In this document: positions 28,530-37,052 of the stretch, piece by piece
How positions within the stretch are numbered: the stretch's first letter is position 1
Layout: the number at the start of each line of letters is the position of its first letter
DNA from: an uncultured Gemmatimonadales bacterium
Lineage (GTDB): Bacteria; Gemmatimonadota; Gemmatimonadetes; Gemmatimonadales; GWC2-71-9
Assembly (NCBI GenBank): GCA_963716055.1
Contig: CAVQSR010000001.1
Location: forward strand, 1,350,791-1,414,790
Reading direction: 5' to 3'
DNA length: 64,000 nucleotides
Position numbers and translations under genes: made by a program
Notes under the pieces: model-generated
Told to the model about the DNA's origin: nothing
Databases searched by the model: none
The model's input: only the letters and a program-made list of their open reading frames with translations

Positions 28530-28646
28530 CACAGCGTCGTCTTTCGCGATCGCCTGTGGCTATTCGGCGGGAAGGGCCTCGAAGCCGACGGGCGGGGCGG
28601 GTACGCCAGCGACGTGTGGTACCTCGCCCTGACCCCCGACCCCTGA
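28530..28646 (+). pseudogene. Possible remnant of a Kelch-repeat protein C-terminus
   Basis: Reads ..VVFRDRLWLFGGKGLEADGRGGYASDVWYLALTPDP*. The Kelch-type hallmarks are present: hydrophobic strand, GG, then ..DvW.l. No start codon, and only 51 codons open after the ALDH stop. Confidence 0.25.
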
Positions 28647-28973
28647 GCGCGAGAATCGATACCTCCGTGCGATGATCGGATGACGGCGCTCGTCCACCGG
28701 GCCGTTAGGATCGCGGCGTGGTGCACGAGTCGCTCGTCATCATTCTCTCGGCCGGCGGGTCGCCGATCGACGCCGACACCCTCGGTGCCGTCGCCGGCGT
28801 CGAGGTCACGTGGCAACGGTTCGAGCAGGAGGGGACCGCGGCGTGCCTCGCGGCCCGGGTGCGCCACCGCGATCAGCCGGTCGAGTTGGGTGCCCGGTTG
28901 CGCCGGTGGGGTGCCGCCCGGGGGTGGGGGGTGACTGTTGCGCCCGCAGGGCCGCTCTGCTAAGGTACGACGC

Positions 28974-29747
28974 ATGCATCACTTGGGGGCCACCCCGAAG
29001 CAGGACGGCGCGCCGCTCGCGCCCGGGCCCGCTTCCCCCCCAGAACCGACCCGGGTGCGTCTGGCGCGCTGGTTCGACAGTTGGATGCGCTCGCTCGGCA
29101 TGGCGTTCGTCCTGTTCCTCGTCGTTCGCACTTTTCTCCTCGAAGCGTTCCAGATTCCGTCGGGCAGCATGGAGCGCACGCTGCTCGCCGGTGATTTTCT
29201 GTTTGTCAACAAGGCGGTGTACGGCGCGCAGATTCCGGGCACCGCCGCGCGACTGCCGGCGTTCGGCGAGCCGGCGCGGGGAGACATCATCGTCTTCTCG
29301 TACCCGCGCAACCCCACGCTGAACTACGTCAAACGTGTCATCGGCATGCCGGGAGACACGGTGGCGATGCGCGCCGGGCGCGTGTGGCTCAACGGCCACG
29401 CCCTCGACGAACCGTACGTGCAACGGACGGATCCGGCGCACGACGTCACGGATCCGCAGTTCGATTGGCAGCGCAGCCATCTGGTGGACCGCTCGGTCGA
29501 TACGCGGCGACGCTACCGACCCACCCGCGACACGTGGGGTCCGCTCGTCATCCCACCCGACCGGTTTTTTGTGCTCGGCGACAACCGCGACAACTCCGCG
29601 GACTCACGCTATTGGGGATTCGTCGAGCGGGGGGCCGTCAAGGGCCAGCCGCTCGTCGTGTACTTCAGTTTCAATCGGGATGCGGGCGACCCGCTGTCCT
29701 GGCTCACCGACATCCGGTGGAGCCGGCTCGGGTCGCTGATTCGGTGA
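28974..29747 (+). CDS. lepB: Signal peptidase I
   Basis: IPSGSMERTL (catalytic Ser), YVKRVIGMPGD (Lys), GDNRDNSADSRYWGFV. ATG 28974 preferred over the track's TTG 28938; start uncertain. Confidence 0.85.
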   Translation: MHHLGATPKQDGAPLAPGPASPPEPTRVRLARWFDSWMRSLGMAFVLFLVVRTFLLEAFQIPSGSMERTLLAGDFLFVNKAVYGAQIPGTAARLPAFGEPARGDIIVFSYPRNPTLNYVKRVIGMPGDTVAMRAGRVWLNGHALDEPYVQRTDPAHDVTDPQFDWQRSHLVDRSVDTRRRYRPTRDTWGPLVIPPDRFFVLGDNRDNSADSRYWGFVERGAVKGQPLVVYFSFNRDAGDPLSWLTDIRWSRLGSLIR

Positions 29748-29839
29748 GCGCCCCGGAAGGCGCTTCGGGGCGGGGCCGTCCGGCTCCCGCCCGTCGTCCG
29801 ACGTCCGACTTCGTGCCTGCACGGAGAGGTAATCGCGCC

Positions 29840-30697
29840 ATGCGTTCCAACGCTGCGAAGCGAGTGTCATCCGATGAGGGATCCCTGGACCAGTACCTCC
29901 GGGAGATCAGTCAGTACCCCCTCATCACCCGCGAAGAGGAGGTCACGCTCGCCCAGCGCATCAAGCAGGCGGACCCGGAGGCCCTCGACAAACTGGTCCG
30001 ATCCAACCTGCGCTTCGTGGTGTCGGTCGCGAAGAAATACCAGAATCAGGGCGTCTCGCTGTCGGATCTGATCAACGAGGGCAACCTCGGACTGATCCGC
30101 GCCGCGCACAAGTTCGACGAGACCAAGGGGATCAAGTTCATCTCCTACGCGGTGTGGTGGATTCGCCAGGCGATCCTCCAGGCCCTCGCCGAGCAGTCCC
30201 GCATCGTGCGGGTGCCCCTCAACCGGGCCGGGACGCTCCACCGCATCGGCAAGCGCTCGTCCGCGCTGCTGCAGGAGCTCGGCCGGGAACCCACGGTCGA
30301 GGAGATCGCCGAGGGCATGGACATCTCCGAAGAGGAAGTCGCCAAGACCCTGTCCATCTCCCAGGCCCATCTTTCCCTCGACGCACCGCTCACGCCGGGG
30401 GAGGACAACAAGCTGCTGGACTACCTCCCCGACCTGAACCGCCCCGGGCCCGACGAAGAGATCTTCGAGCACGCCCTGACGGAGTCGATCGAGGAAGTGC
30501 TCGGCACGCTCAAGGAGCGGGAAGCGAAGATCCTGCGCCTCTACTTCGGCCTCGACGAACAGGACCCCAAGACGCTGGAGGAGATCGGCACCGAGCTGGG
30601 GATCACGCGCGAGCGCGTCCGCCAAATCAAGGAAAAGGCGCTGGCCCGACTGCGCCACGTGTCGCGCGCCCGGGCGCTGGAAAGCTTCCTCCTGTAG
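29840..30697 (+). CDS. RNA polymerase sigma-70 family factor, short primary-like type (285 aa, no region 1.1)
   Basis: ATG 29840 preceded by GGAGAGG. Regions 1.2 through 4.2 are present: LDQYLREISQYPLITREEE, NLRFVVSVAKKY, GNLGLIRAAHKFD, YAVWWIRQAI, TLEEIGTELGITRERVRQIKEKAL. Confidence 0.85.
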   Translation: MRSNAAKRVSSDEGSLDQYLREISQYPLITREEEVTLAQRIKQADPEALDKLVRSNLRFVVSVAKKYQNQGVSLSDLINEGNLGLIRAAHKFDETKGIKFISYAVWWIRQAILQALAEQSRIVRVPLNRAGTLHRIGKRSSALLQELGREPTVEEIAEGMDISEEEVAKTLSISQAHLSLDAPLTPGEDNKLLDYLPDLNRPGPDEEIFEHALTESIEEVLGTLKEREAKILRLYFGLDEQDPKTLEEIGTELGITRERVRQIKEKALARLRHVSRARALESFLL

Positions 30698-30709
30698 ACG
30701 GGGAGCCGC

Positions 30710-30757
30710 GAGAGGGGAGAGGTGCACTCCCGGCGCGGAGCGCACCTCTCCCCTCTC
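30710..30757 (+). terminator. Strong hairpin (perfect 16-bp inverted repeat) downstream of the sigma-factor gene
   Basis: GAGAGGGGAGAGGTGC (30710-30725) pairs with GCACCTCTCCCCTCTC (30742-30757). Four more pairs are possible inside the 16-nt spacer. Only a weak T tract (CCTTTG) follows. Confidence 0.45.
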
Positions 30758-30782
30758 CCTTTGCCCTGTCTATATTGGCCCC

Positions 30783-31286
30783 ATGGCCGCTCTTTCTTCC
30801 TTCGACATCTCCACGGGCGCGGATCTCCAGGAAGTCGACAACGCCGTGAACCAGGCGGCCCGCGAAGTCGGTCAGCGATACGACTTCAAGGGCTCCAAGG
30901 CGTCGATCGCCTTCGATCGCGAGCAGGCGCTCCTCACCCTCGTGGCGGACGACGACTTCAAAATGAAGGCGTTGTTCGACGTCCTGCAGGCAAAGCTCAT
31001 CAAGCGCGGCGTGCCCGTGAAGAACCTGGATCTGGGCGCCGTCACGCCGGCCGCGGGCGATACCGTGCGGCGGGAGATCCGCCTGACGCAGGGCATTCCC
31101 CAGGAGACGGCGAAGGCCATCGTGAAAGCGATCAAGGACCGCAAGTTCAAGAAAGCGCAGGCGTCCATCCAGGGCGACGAGATCCGCGTGCAGGCGCCCT
31201 CCAAGGACGACCTCCAGGCGGTCATCGCCTTCCTCCGGGAAGGCGACTGGGGCATCGAGTTGAAGTTCGGGAACTACCGCGGATGA
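30783..31286 (+). CDS. yajQ: YajQ-family nucleotide (c-di-GMP)-binding protein
   Basis: 167 aa. SFDISTGADLQEVDNAVNQAAREVGQRYDFKGS matches the UPF0234/YajQ N-terminus. Confidence 0.85.
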   Translation: MAALSSFDISTGADLQEVDNAVNQAAREVGQRYDFKGSKASIAFDREQALLTLVADDDFKMKALFDVLQAKLIKRGVPVKNLDLGAVTPAAGDTVRREIRLTQGIPQETAKAIVKAIKDRKFKKAQASIQGDEIRVQAPSKDDLQAVIAFLREGDWGIELKFGNYRG

Positions 31287-32608
31287 AGCTCGGTGTCGTT
31301 TCCCTGGGGTGTGACAAGGCGACCGTGGACTCCGAGCGCCTCGTCGGCGACCTCGTCGGTCATGGCGCCGTCGTCACCGACGATCTGCCGTCGGCCGACG
31401 TCATACTCGTCAACACCTGCGGCTTCATCGACGCCGCGAAGCAGGAGTCGGTGGACGCGATCCTCGCGGCCGCGCGGCTCAAGGCGGAGGGCGGTGTGCG
31501 CGCGGTGGTCGCCGTCGGCTGCCTGGTCCAGCGCTACCGGACGGAGCTCGAGGCGGAGATGCCGGAGGTGGACCTGTTTCTCGGCTTCTCCGACCTGCAC
31601 CGCCTCGTGCCCGCGCTCGCCGAGCGGGGTCTCATCGAGGACCCAGTCGCCGGCCACCCCGGCGTCCGCCAGTTCCTGGGCGGCAGCCCGCACGTGCGCT
31701 ATCTCAAGATCTCGGAGGGGTGCGACCATACCTGCGCGTTCTGCGCCATACCGCTGATGCGCGGGCGGCACCGCTCCGAGCCGCTCGAGCGCCTGGTCCG
31801 CGAGGCGCAGCAGCTCGAGGCGCAGGGCGCCCGCGAGATCAACCTCGTCGCCCAGGACCTCGGACACTTCGGGCGGGACCTCGGTCGGGGCGGTCCCCGC
31901 CTGCCCGACCTCCTCGCCGCGCTCCTCGGCGGGACGGCCGTGCCGTGGTATCGGCTGCTCTACGTGTACTCCGCCGGACTGACCGACCGGTTGGTCGAGC
32001 TCCTGGCGAGCGAACCGCGCATCGTGCCGTACCTCGACATGCCGATCCAGCATGCCAGTGACCGCATGCTCGAGCGGATGCGGCGGCCCGAGCGGCGCGA
32101 CACGCTTCGCCGCAAGCTCGCCTGGCTGCGAGACACCGTTCCGGACCTCGCCATCCGCACGACGTGCCTCGTCGGGTTCCCCGGCGAGACCGACGACGAT
32201 TTCCGCGCCCTCCTCGAATTCCTGGAGGAAGCGCAGTTCGACCGCCTCGGCGCGTTCGCCTACTCGCCCCAGGAGGGCACGCGCGGCGCGGCGTATCCCG
32301 ACGACGTCCCCGACGAAACGAAGCGCGAGCGGCTCGAGGAGCTGCTGGAAGTCCAGCGCGCCATTTCGGGCGAGCGGCTGGCCCGCTTTGTCGGCCGGGA
32401 GACCCGCGCCCTGGTGGACGTCGTGACCGATCCATCGGATCCGTCCCAGGCGGGGGCGACCCACGTGGCGCGGGTGCCCTGGCAGGCGGACGACGTGGAC
32501 GGCGTCACCTACGTGACGAACGGCGGCTGGGCGGCGCCGGGCACGTTTCTCGACGTGCGGATCACGGAGGCGGAAGACTACGATTTCCGCGCGGTGTCGC
32601 TGACGTGA
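31283..32608 (+). CDS. rimO: Ribosomal protein S12 methylthiotransferase
   Basis: From ATG 31283 (ATGA overlap). MTTase N-domain LGCDKATVDSE..VNTCGFI, radical-SAM CDHTCAFC, C-terminal TRAM. Confidence 0.9.
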   Translation: MKLGVVSLGCDKATVDSERLVGDLVGHGAVVTDDLPSADVILVNTCGFIDAAKQESVDAILAAARLKAEGGVRAVVAVGCLVQRYRTELEAEMPEVDLFLGFSDLHRLVPALAERGLIEDPVAGHPGVRQFLGGSPHVRYLKISEGCDHTCAFCAIPLMRGRHRSEPLERLVREAQQLEAQGAREINLVAQDLGHFGRDLGRGGPRLPDLLAALLGGTAVPWYRLLYVYSAGLTDRLVELLASEPRIVPYLDMPIQHASDRMLERMRRPERRDTLRRKLAWLRDTVPDLAIRTTCLVGFPGETDDDFRALLEFLEEAQFDRLGAFAYSPQEGTRGAAYPDDVPDETKRERLEELLEVQRAISGERLARFVGRETRALVDVVTDPSDPSQAGATHVARVPWQADDVDGVTYVTNGGWAAPGTFLDVRITEAEDYDFRAVSLT

Positions 32609-33888
32609 CGGAGCGCCGCGACACCGCGGGCGGTGGACGGGCGTTTCGCGCGGTCGGCGGAGCGCCCGTTTTCGTTGCGGCGGTCGCGCTCGGGCTCGCG
32701 GCCTGCCCCAGGTCCGCGCCGGACACGGATCTCCCCCGGGAGCCCGAGATGCGGATCGGGCTGGCCGTGGGCCGGGACAGCATCGCGCTGGGCGGCGACG
32801 GGGAGCTGCTGTTGACCGACCAGGCCCGGGGTGCCCCGGTGGGCACCGTCCCGGCGGGACGCCGCTGGTGGGTCGTGCCGGACACGGGCGGCCTGCGGCT
32901 GGTGCGCGCGGACGGCACGACCTCGCTCCGGCTCGGCCGGATCGTCGCGGTCAACCTGTCGGAGGGACGGTTCGTCATGGTCGCCGGCCGCCGGTACCGC
33001 GGGCGGGTCGCCGTGTCCCGCGACGCGGTCGGGCTGACCGCGGTCAACGAGGTGGCGACCGAAAGCTACCTGGCCGGCGTGATCGGCCACGAGCTGGGAC
33101 CTCGGCGGGCCGAGGAGCGGGAGGCGCTGGTCGCGCAGGCGGTCGTGTCGCGCACCTACGCGCTGCGCAACCGCGGCCGGTGGTCGGCGTTGGGGTTCGA
33201 TGCCCATGCCGATGTGCGCGATCAGGTGTATACCGGCGTGAGCGGGGAAACCCCCGCGGTCTGGGAGGCACTGCGCCGCTCGGCGGGCCAGGTGGTGCGC
33301 TACCGGGGCGACATCATCGACGCGTTCTATCACTCCACGTGCGGGTTCCGCACGGCGAGCGCCGCGGACGCGTTCCGCACCGTGCGTGACCGGCCCTACC
33401 TGCGCTCGGTGTCGGACGCCGCGGGCGGCGGGCGGTACTACTGCGAGCAGTCGCCGCGGTTCCGGTGGCGGGAGGAGTGGGACGGCCCCGCGCTGCGCGC
33501 TATATTGTCGCGAACGCTCGCGCCGTACGCGGATTTTTCGGCCGGCGGCATGCCGCCGGTGCGCAACGTGGAGGTGGCGCAGCTGACGTCCTCCGGCCGC
33601 GTGCGCGAGCTCCGCATCGCGTTCGCGCGTGGCGACGTTCGCGTCCCGGGGCATGCCGTGCGCGATGTGTTGCGGTCGCCCGAGCGCCCCCTGTGGAGCG
33701 CGGCGTTTCAAGTGCACGTCACCCGGACCGGGAACGACGTGACGAAACTCGTGGTGACGGGCGCCGGCTCAGGGCACGGTGTGGGGCTGTGCCAGTGGGG
33801 GGCCATCGGGCGGGCACGGGCCGGGCAGGACCATCGGCGCATCCTCGAGACCTACTACCCGGGGACCAGGGTTGACCGGATCTATTAG
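32605..33888 (+). CDS. SpoIID/LytB-domain protein (peptidoglycan amidase enhancer/lytic transglycosylase family)
   Basis: GTG 32605 (GTGA overlap). Lipoprotein-like AAVALGLAAC. ESYLAGVIGHE..AQAVVSRTYAL..DQVY.G, and HGVGLCQWGA at the C-terminus. Confidence 0.8.
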   Translation: MTERRDTAGGGRAFRAVGGAPVFVAAVALGLAACPRSAPDTDLPREPEMRIGLAVGRDSIALGGDGELLLTDQARGAPVGTVPAGRRWWVVPDTGGLRLVRADGTTSLRLGRIVAVNLSEGRFVMVAGRRYRGRVAVSRDAVGLTAVNEVATESYLAGVIGHELGPRRAEEREALVAQAVVSRTYALRNRGRWSALGFDAHADVRDQVYTGVSGETPAVWEALRRSAGQVVRYRGDIIDAFYHSTCGFRTASAADAFRTVRDRPYLRSVSDAAGGGRYYCEQSPRFRWREEWDGPALRAILSRTLAPYADFSAGGMPPVRNVEVAQLTSSGRVRELRIAFARGDVRVPGHAVRDVLRSPERPLWSAAFQVHVTRTGNDVTKLVVTGAGSGHGVGLCQWGAIGRARAGQDHRRILETYYPGTRVDRIY

Positions 33889-34522
33889 GAAGCTGGTCTG
33901 GCTCACGCTCGCGGCGGCCTTCCCGTCCACCGCCCGCGCGCAGACCATGCTCGACGAATTCTCCTACGAGCACCTCCGGGCGTCCGGCATCCAGCTGGAC
34001 GCGGGCATCCTCGGATCGACGGATCTCGAGCCCACGATGGCGGGCGGCGTGCGCCTCGACTACGGACGGTTCGCGCCGCGCGTGCGGGTGTTGCTCGGGC
34101 TGTCCTACTACCGCTCCGATTTCGACGCCGCCGCGACGGCCCGCTTCGAGCGCCGCGTGCGCGGTATCGTCATCGACCCGTCGGGCGACGATACCATCAG
34201 CGTCGGCCGCGTCTCCTGGGCCGACATCGTGGCGGAGGTCGACCTGCAGTACGCGGTGGCGGAGTCGCGGGTCGGCGCGCTGTTCGCGGGCGTCGGGTTG
34301 GGCGTGCATTTCCGTAATGGCAGCGGAGCCGCCATTGCGGGGACCTTCGTGGAAGACGCACTGGACGACGTAGCGGCGGGCCTCAATGCGACCCTGGGCG
34401 GTGAGCTGCGGCTCGCCGATGCGTGGCGCGCCACGGCGGAGGCGCGCGGCGTGCTCTCGAGCGGCCTCTCGACGGCCTCCGTGCGGGTGGGTGTCGCGTA
34501 TCGCTTTCAGGGGGCGCGGTGA
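33872..34522 (+). CDS. Hypothetical outer-membrane beta-barrel-like protein
   Basis: TTG 33872 gives signal peptide MTGSIRKLVWLTLAAAFPSTARAQ. Alternating pattern and C-terminal ..VRVGVAYRF. Start and function are tentative. Confidence 0.45.
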   Translation: MTGSIRKLVWLTLAAAFPSTARAQTMLDEFSYEHLRASGIQLDAGILGSTDLEPTMAGGVRLDYGRFAPRVRVLLGLSYYRSDFDAAATARFERRVRGIVIDPSGDDTISVGRVSWADIVAEVDLQYAVAESRVGALFAGVGLGVHFRNGSGAAIAGTFVEDALDDVAAGLNATLGGELRLADAWRATAEARGVLSSGLSTASVRVGVAYRFQGAR

Positions 34523-35526
34523 CGGCCCCGGTCCGGGTCGCCGTCATCGGCGCGGGGGCCATTGCCCAGGTCGCGCACCTCCCCGTGCTGCGGCGCCTGC
34601 CCGGCGTCGAGATCACCGCGATCTGCGATCCCGACGTCGGCAAGGCCCAGGCGCTCGCCGCGCGGTTCGAGGTCGCCGAGCACTACGACGACATCGAGGA
34701 AGTGCTGCGGCACGCGCACGTGGACGCGCTCGCCCTGTGCACACCCAACCACCTGCACGAGATCCACGTGCTCGCCGCGCTGTCGGCGGGCAAGCACGTG
34801 TTGTGCGAGCGCCCACTCGCGCTCTCGGTGGAGGGAGTCGAGCGCATCCTCGCGGCGAGTGAGAAGTACGGACGGCGGGCCATGGTGGGGATGAACCACC
34901 GCTTCCGCTCCGACGTCCAGGCGGTGCGCGGCTTCCTGGCCGGCGGGGATATCGGCACGATCCAGGCGGTGCGCGGCGGCTGGTACACGTTCCAGTCCAG
35001 CCGGCAGGAGCTGAGCTGGCGCCTGCGCCGCCAGCAGGCGGGTGGCGGCGCGCTGCTGGACCTCGGGCTGCCGATCCTCGACCTGGGCCTCTGGATCGCG
35101 GGCTGGCCCGGCGTGCGGCGCGTGTCGGCGCATCTGCCCGGCCGTTCCGGCGATGCCACCGAGATGATGGGTACGGCGATCGTGGTGTGCGACACGGGCA
35201 TGTCGATCCTGCTCGACGTCAGCTGGTCGCACATCGGCGAGGGTGAGCGCTTCTGGCTCGAGATGGTCGGGACCAAAGGATCGGCGACGATCAATCCGCT
35301 CCGCGTGTTCAAGGAGTCGCACGGTGCCGTGACGGACCTGACGCCGCGCGGCGCGAGCGGGCGGGAAACCCAGTTCACGCAATCCTACCGGGCCGAGTGG
35401 ACGTACTTCCTCGCGGTGATCCGCGGGGACGTGAACGCGCCGCCGCCGCGCGACCAGCTGGCGTTGCACCGCGTGCTCGACGCCATCTACCGTTCGGCCG
35501 ACACAGGGCGCGACGTCGAGCTGTGA
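34519..35526 (+). CDS. Gfo/Idh/MocA-family oxidoreductase
   Basis: GTG 34519 (GTGA overlap). VRVAVIGAGAIAQVAHLPVL Rossmann fold, and the family motif GKHVLCERPLA. Confidence 0.85.
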   Translation: MTAPVRVAVIGAGAIAQVAHLPVLRRLPGVEITAICDPDVGKAQALAARFEVAEHYDDIEEVLRHAHVDALALCTPNHLHEIHVLAALSAGKHVLCERPLALSVEGVERILAASEKYGRRAMVGMNHRFRSDVQAVRGFLAGGDIGTIQAVRGGWYTFQSSRQELSWRLRRQQAGGGALLDLGLPILDLGLWIAGWPGVRRVSAHLPGRSGDATEMMGTAIVVCDTGMSILLDVSWSHIGEGERFWLEMVGTKGSATINPLRVFKESHGAVTDLTPRGASGRETQFTQSYRAEWTYFLAVIRGDVNAPPPRDQLALHRVLDAIYRSADTGRDVEL

Positions 35527-37052
35527 GCGGCCGCCGGGCCGCGCTGTTGGTCGCCGCCGGCGCGGCGCTCCTCGCGGCGAGCTATCCCCCCTTCGAGCTG
35601 CCGGTGCTGTCGCTGATCGCGATCGCCCCCGCGGTCGTGTTGCTACGGTCCGCCGTCGCGGCGCACGATCCCCGCCAGGCGCTGCGCTGGGGCTTCGCCT
35701 ACGGAGCCGCGAGCCAGGGGCTGGTGCTGTACTGGATCGTGGTCGCCCTGTGGCATTTCACGCCCCTCGCCGCGCTGGGGTACGTCGCCACCGTCCTCTG
35801 TCTCGGCATCTTCACCGCCGGCCTGTTCTGGCTGGTCGCGCACGCCGTGTCGGGCGGCCGGGTGCCGCTCTGGGCGGCGCTCCCCCTCGCCTGGACCGCG
35901 CTCGAGTGGGGGATCGGGCACCTCAGCGACGTGCGCTTCCCCTGGCTCGGTCTGGGCACGTCGCTCGCCGACGCGCCCGTGCTCATCCAGTGGGCGGACG
36001 TGGCGGGCGCCCGCGGGGTCACGCTGTGGCTCGTGTGGGTCAACGTGGTGCTCGTCGAGGCGGCTGCGGAGTGGAGAACCGGACGACGAGCGGGGCGGCG
36101 GGTCGCGCTCGTGACCGCGACCGTCCTGCTCGCGGTCGGCTACGGCGCGTGGCGGATGCGCACCCTCCCCGTCCGCGACATCGGCACGGTGGGGATGGTC
36201 CAGCCCAACGAGGGGTTCCGCGAGAAGTGGGAGCGACCGGCCGATAGCGTCATGGCGCGGCTGCTCGACCTGACGCAACGGGTGTACGCGGTGTCCCGAC
36301 CCGACCTCATCATCTGGCCGGAAGCGGCCGTCCCGGGATACCTGCAGACCCGTCCCGACTGGGAGGCGGCGATCACGGAGGCGGCCCGCGACCACCACAC
36401 CGCGCTGCTCGCCGGCGGCCTCATCGCGGACTTCCATCCCGACGGATCGTACGACTATTTCAACGCCGCGTTCTTCTTCGATTCGACCGGGGCGTGGCGG
36501 CCACACCCGGTGTACCGCAAGCGTTACCTCGTGCCGGTCACCGAGCGCGTGCCATTCGTTCCGGTGCGCTGGTTCCGCAAAGTCCCGTCCCTCGAGCAGT
36601 GGTCGGGGGGGTTTTCCGCCGGACGCGCGCTCCCGGTGTACTCGAGCGGCATCGGTGCGTTCGGCGTCGTGATCTGCTACGAGTCGGCGTTCGAGGACTT
36701 GCCCCGGCGCTACCGGCGGGCCGGCGCGGACTTCCTGGTGAACATCACGAACGACGCATGGTTCGGGCGCACCGCCGCGCCGTCCCAGCACGCGAGCCAT
36801 CTCGTGCTCCGGGCGATCGAGACCCGCCTGGGCGTCGCCCGCGCGGCCAACAGCGGCATCAGCCAGTTCGTCGATCCGCTGGGCCGGGCCTACGGGTCGA
36901 CGGCCCTCGAGACGGAGGCGCTGGTCGTGGACCGGCTGCGCACGAGCGACGTCACCACCCTGTACGTCCGCCTGGGCGACTGGGTCGGCACGCTCAGCGT
37001 CGTCGGCACGCTCGCGCTGGTCGCCCTGGTCTGGTTGCGCCGCCGCGCATGA
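35523..37052 (+). CDS. lnt: Apolipoprotein N-acyltransferase
   Basis: GTG 35523 (GTGA overlap). N-terminal multi-TM region plus CN-hydrolase domain: IIWPEAA (Glu), YRKRYLVP (Lys), VVICYES (Cys). Confidence 0.85.
   Translation: MSGRRAALLVAAGAALLAASYPPFELPVLSLIAIAPAVVLLRSAVAAHDPRQALRWGFAYGAASQGLVLYWIVVALWHFTPLAALGYVATVLCLGIFTAGLFWLVAHAVSGGRVPLWAALPLAWTALEWGIGHLSDVRFPWLGLGTSLADAPVLIQWADVAGARGVTLWLVWVNVVLVEAAAEWRTGRRAGRRVALVTATVLLAVGYGAWRMRTLPVRDIGTVGMVQPNEGFREKWERPADSVMARLLDLTQRVYAVSRPDLIIWPEAAVPGYLQTRPDWEAAITEAARDHHTALLAGGLIADFHPDGSYDYFNAAFFFDSTGAWRPHPVYRKRYLVPVTERVPFVPVRWFRKVPSLEQWSGGFSAGRALPVYSSGIGAFGVVICYESAFEDLPRRYRRAGADFLVNITNDAWFGRTAAPSQHASHLVLRAIETRLGVARAANSGISQFVDPLGRAYGSTALETEALVVDRLRTSDVTTLYVRLGDWVGTLSVVGTLALVALVWLRRRA

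Noticed and set aside
28718-28963. 81-aa ORF between the ALDH gene and lepB
   Set aside because: No motif, no ribosome-binding site, and its end overlaps the lepB upstream region. Kept only as a remark within the Kelch-remnant finding.
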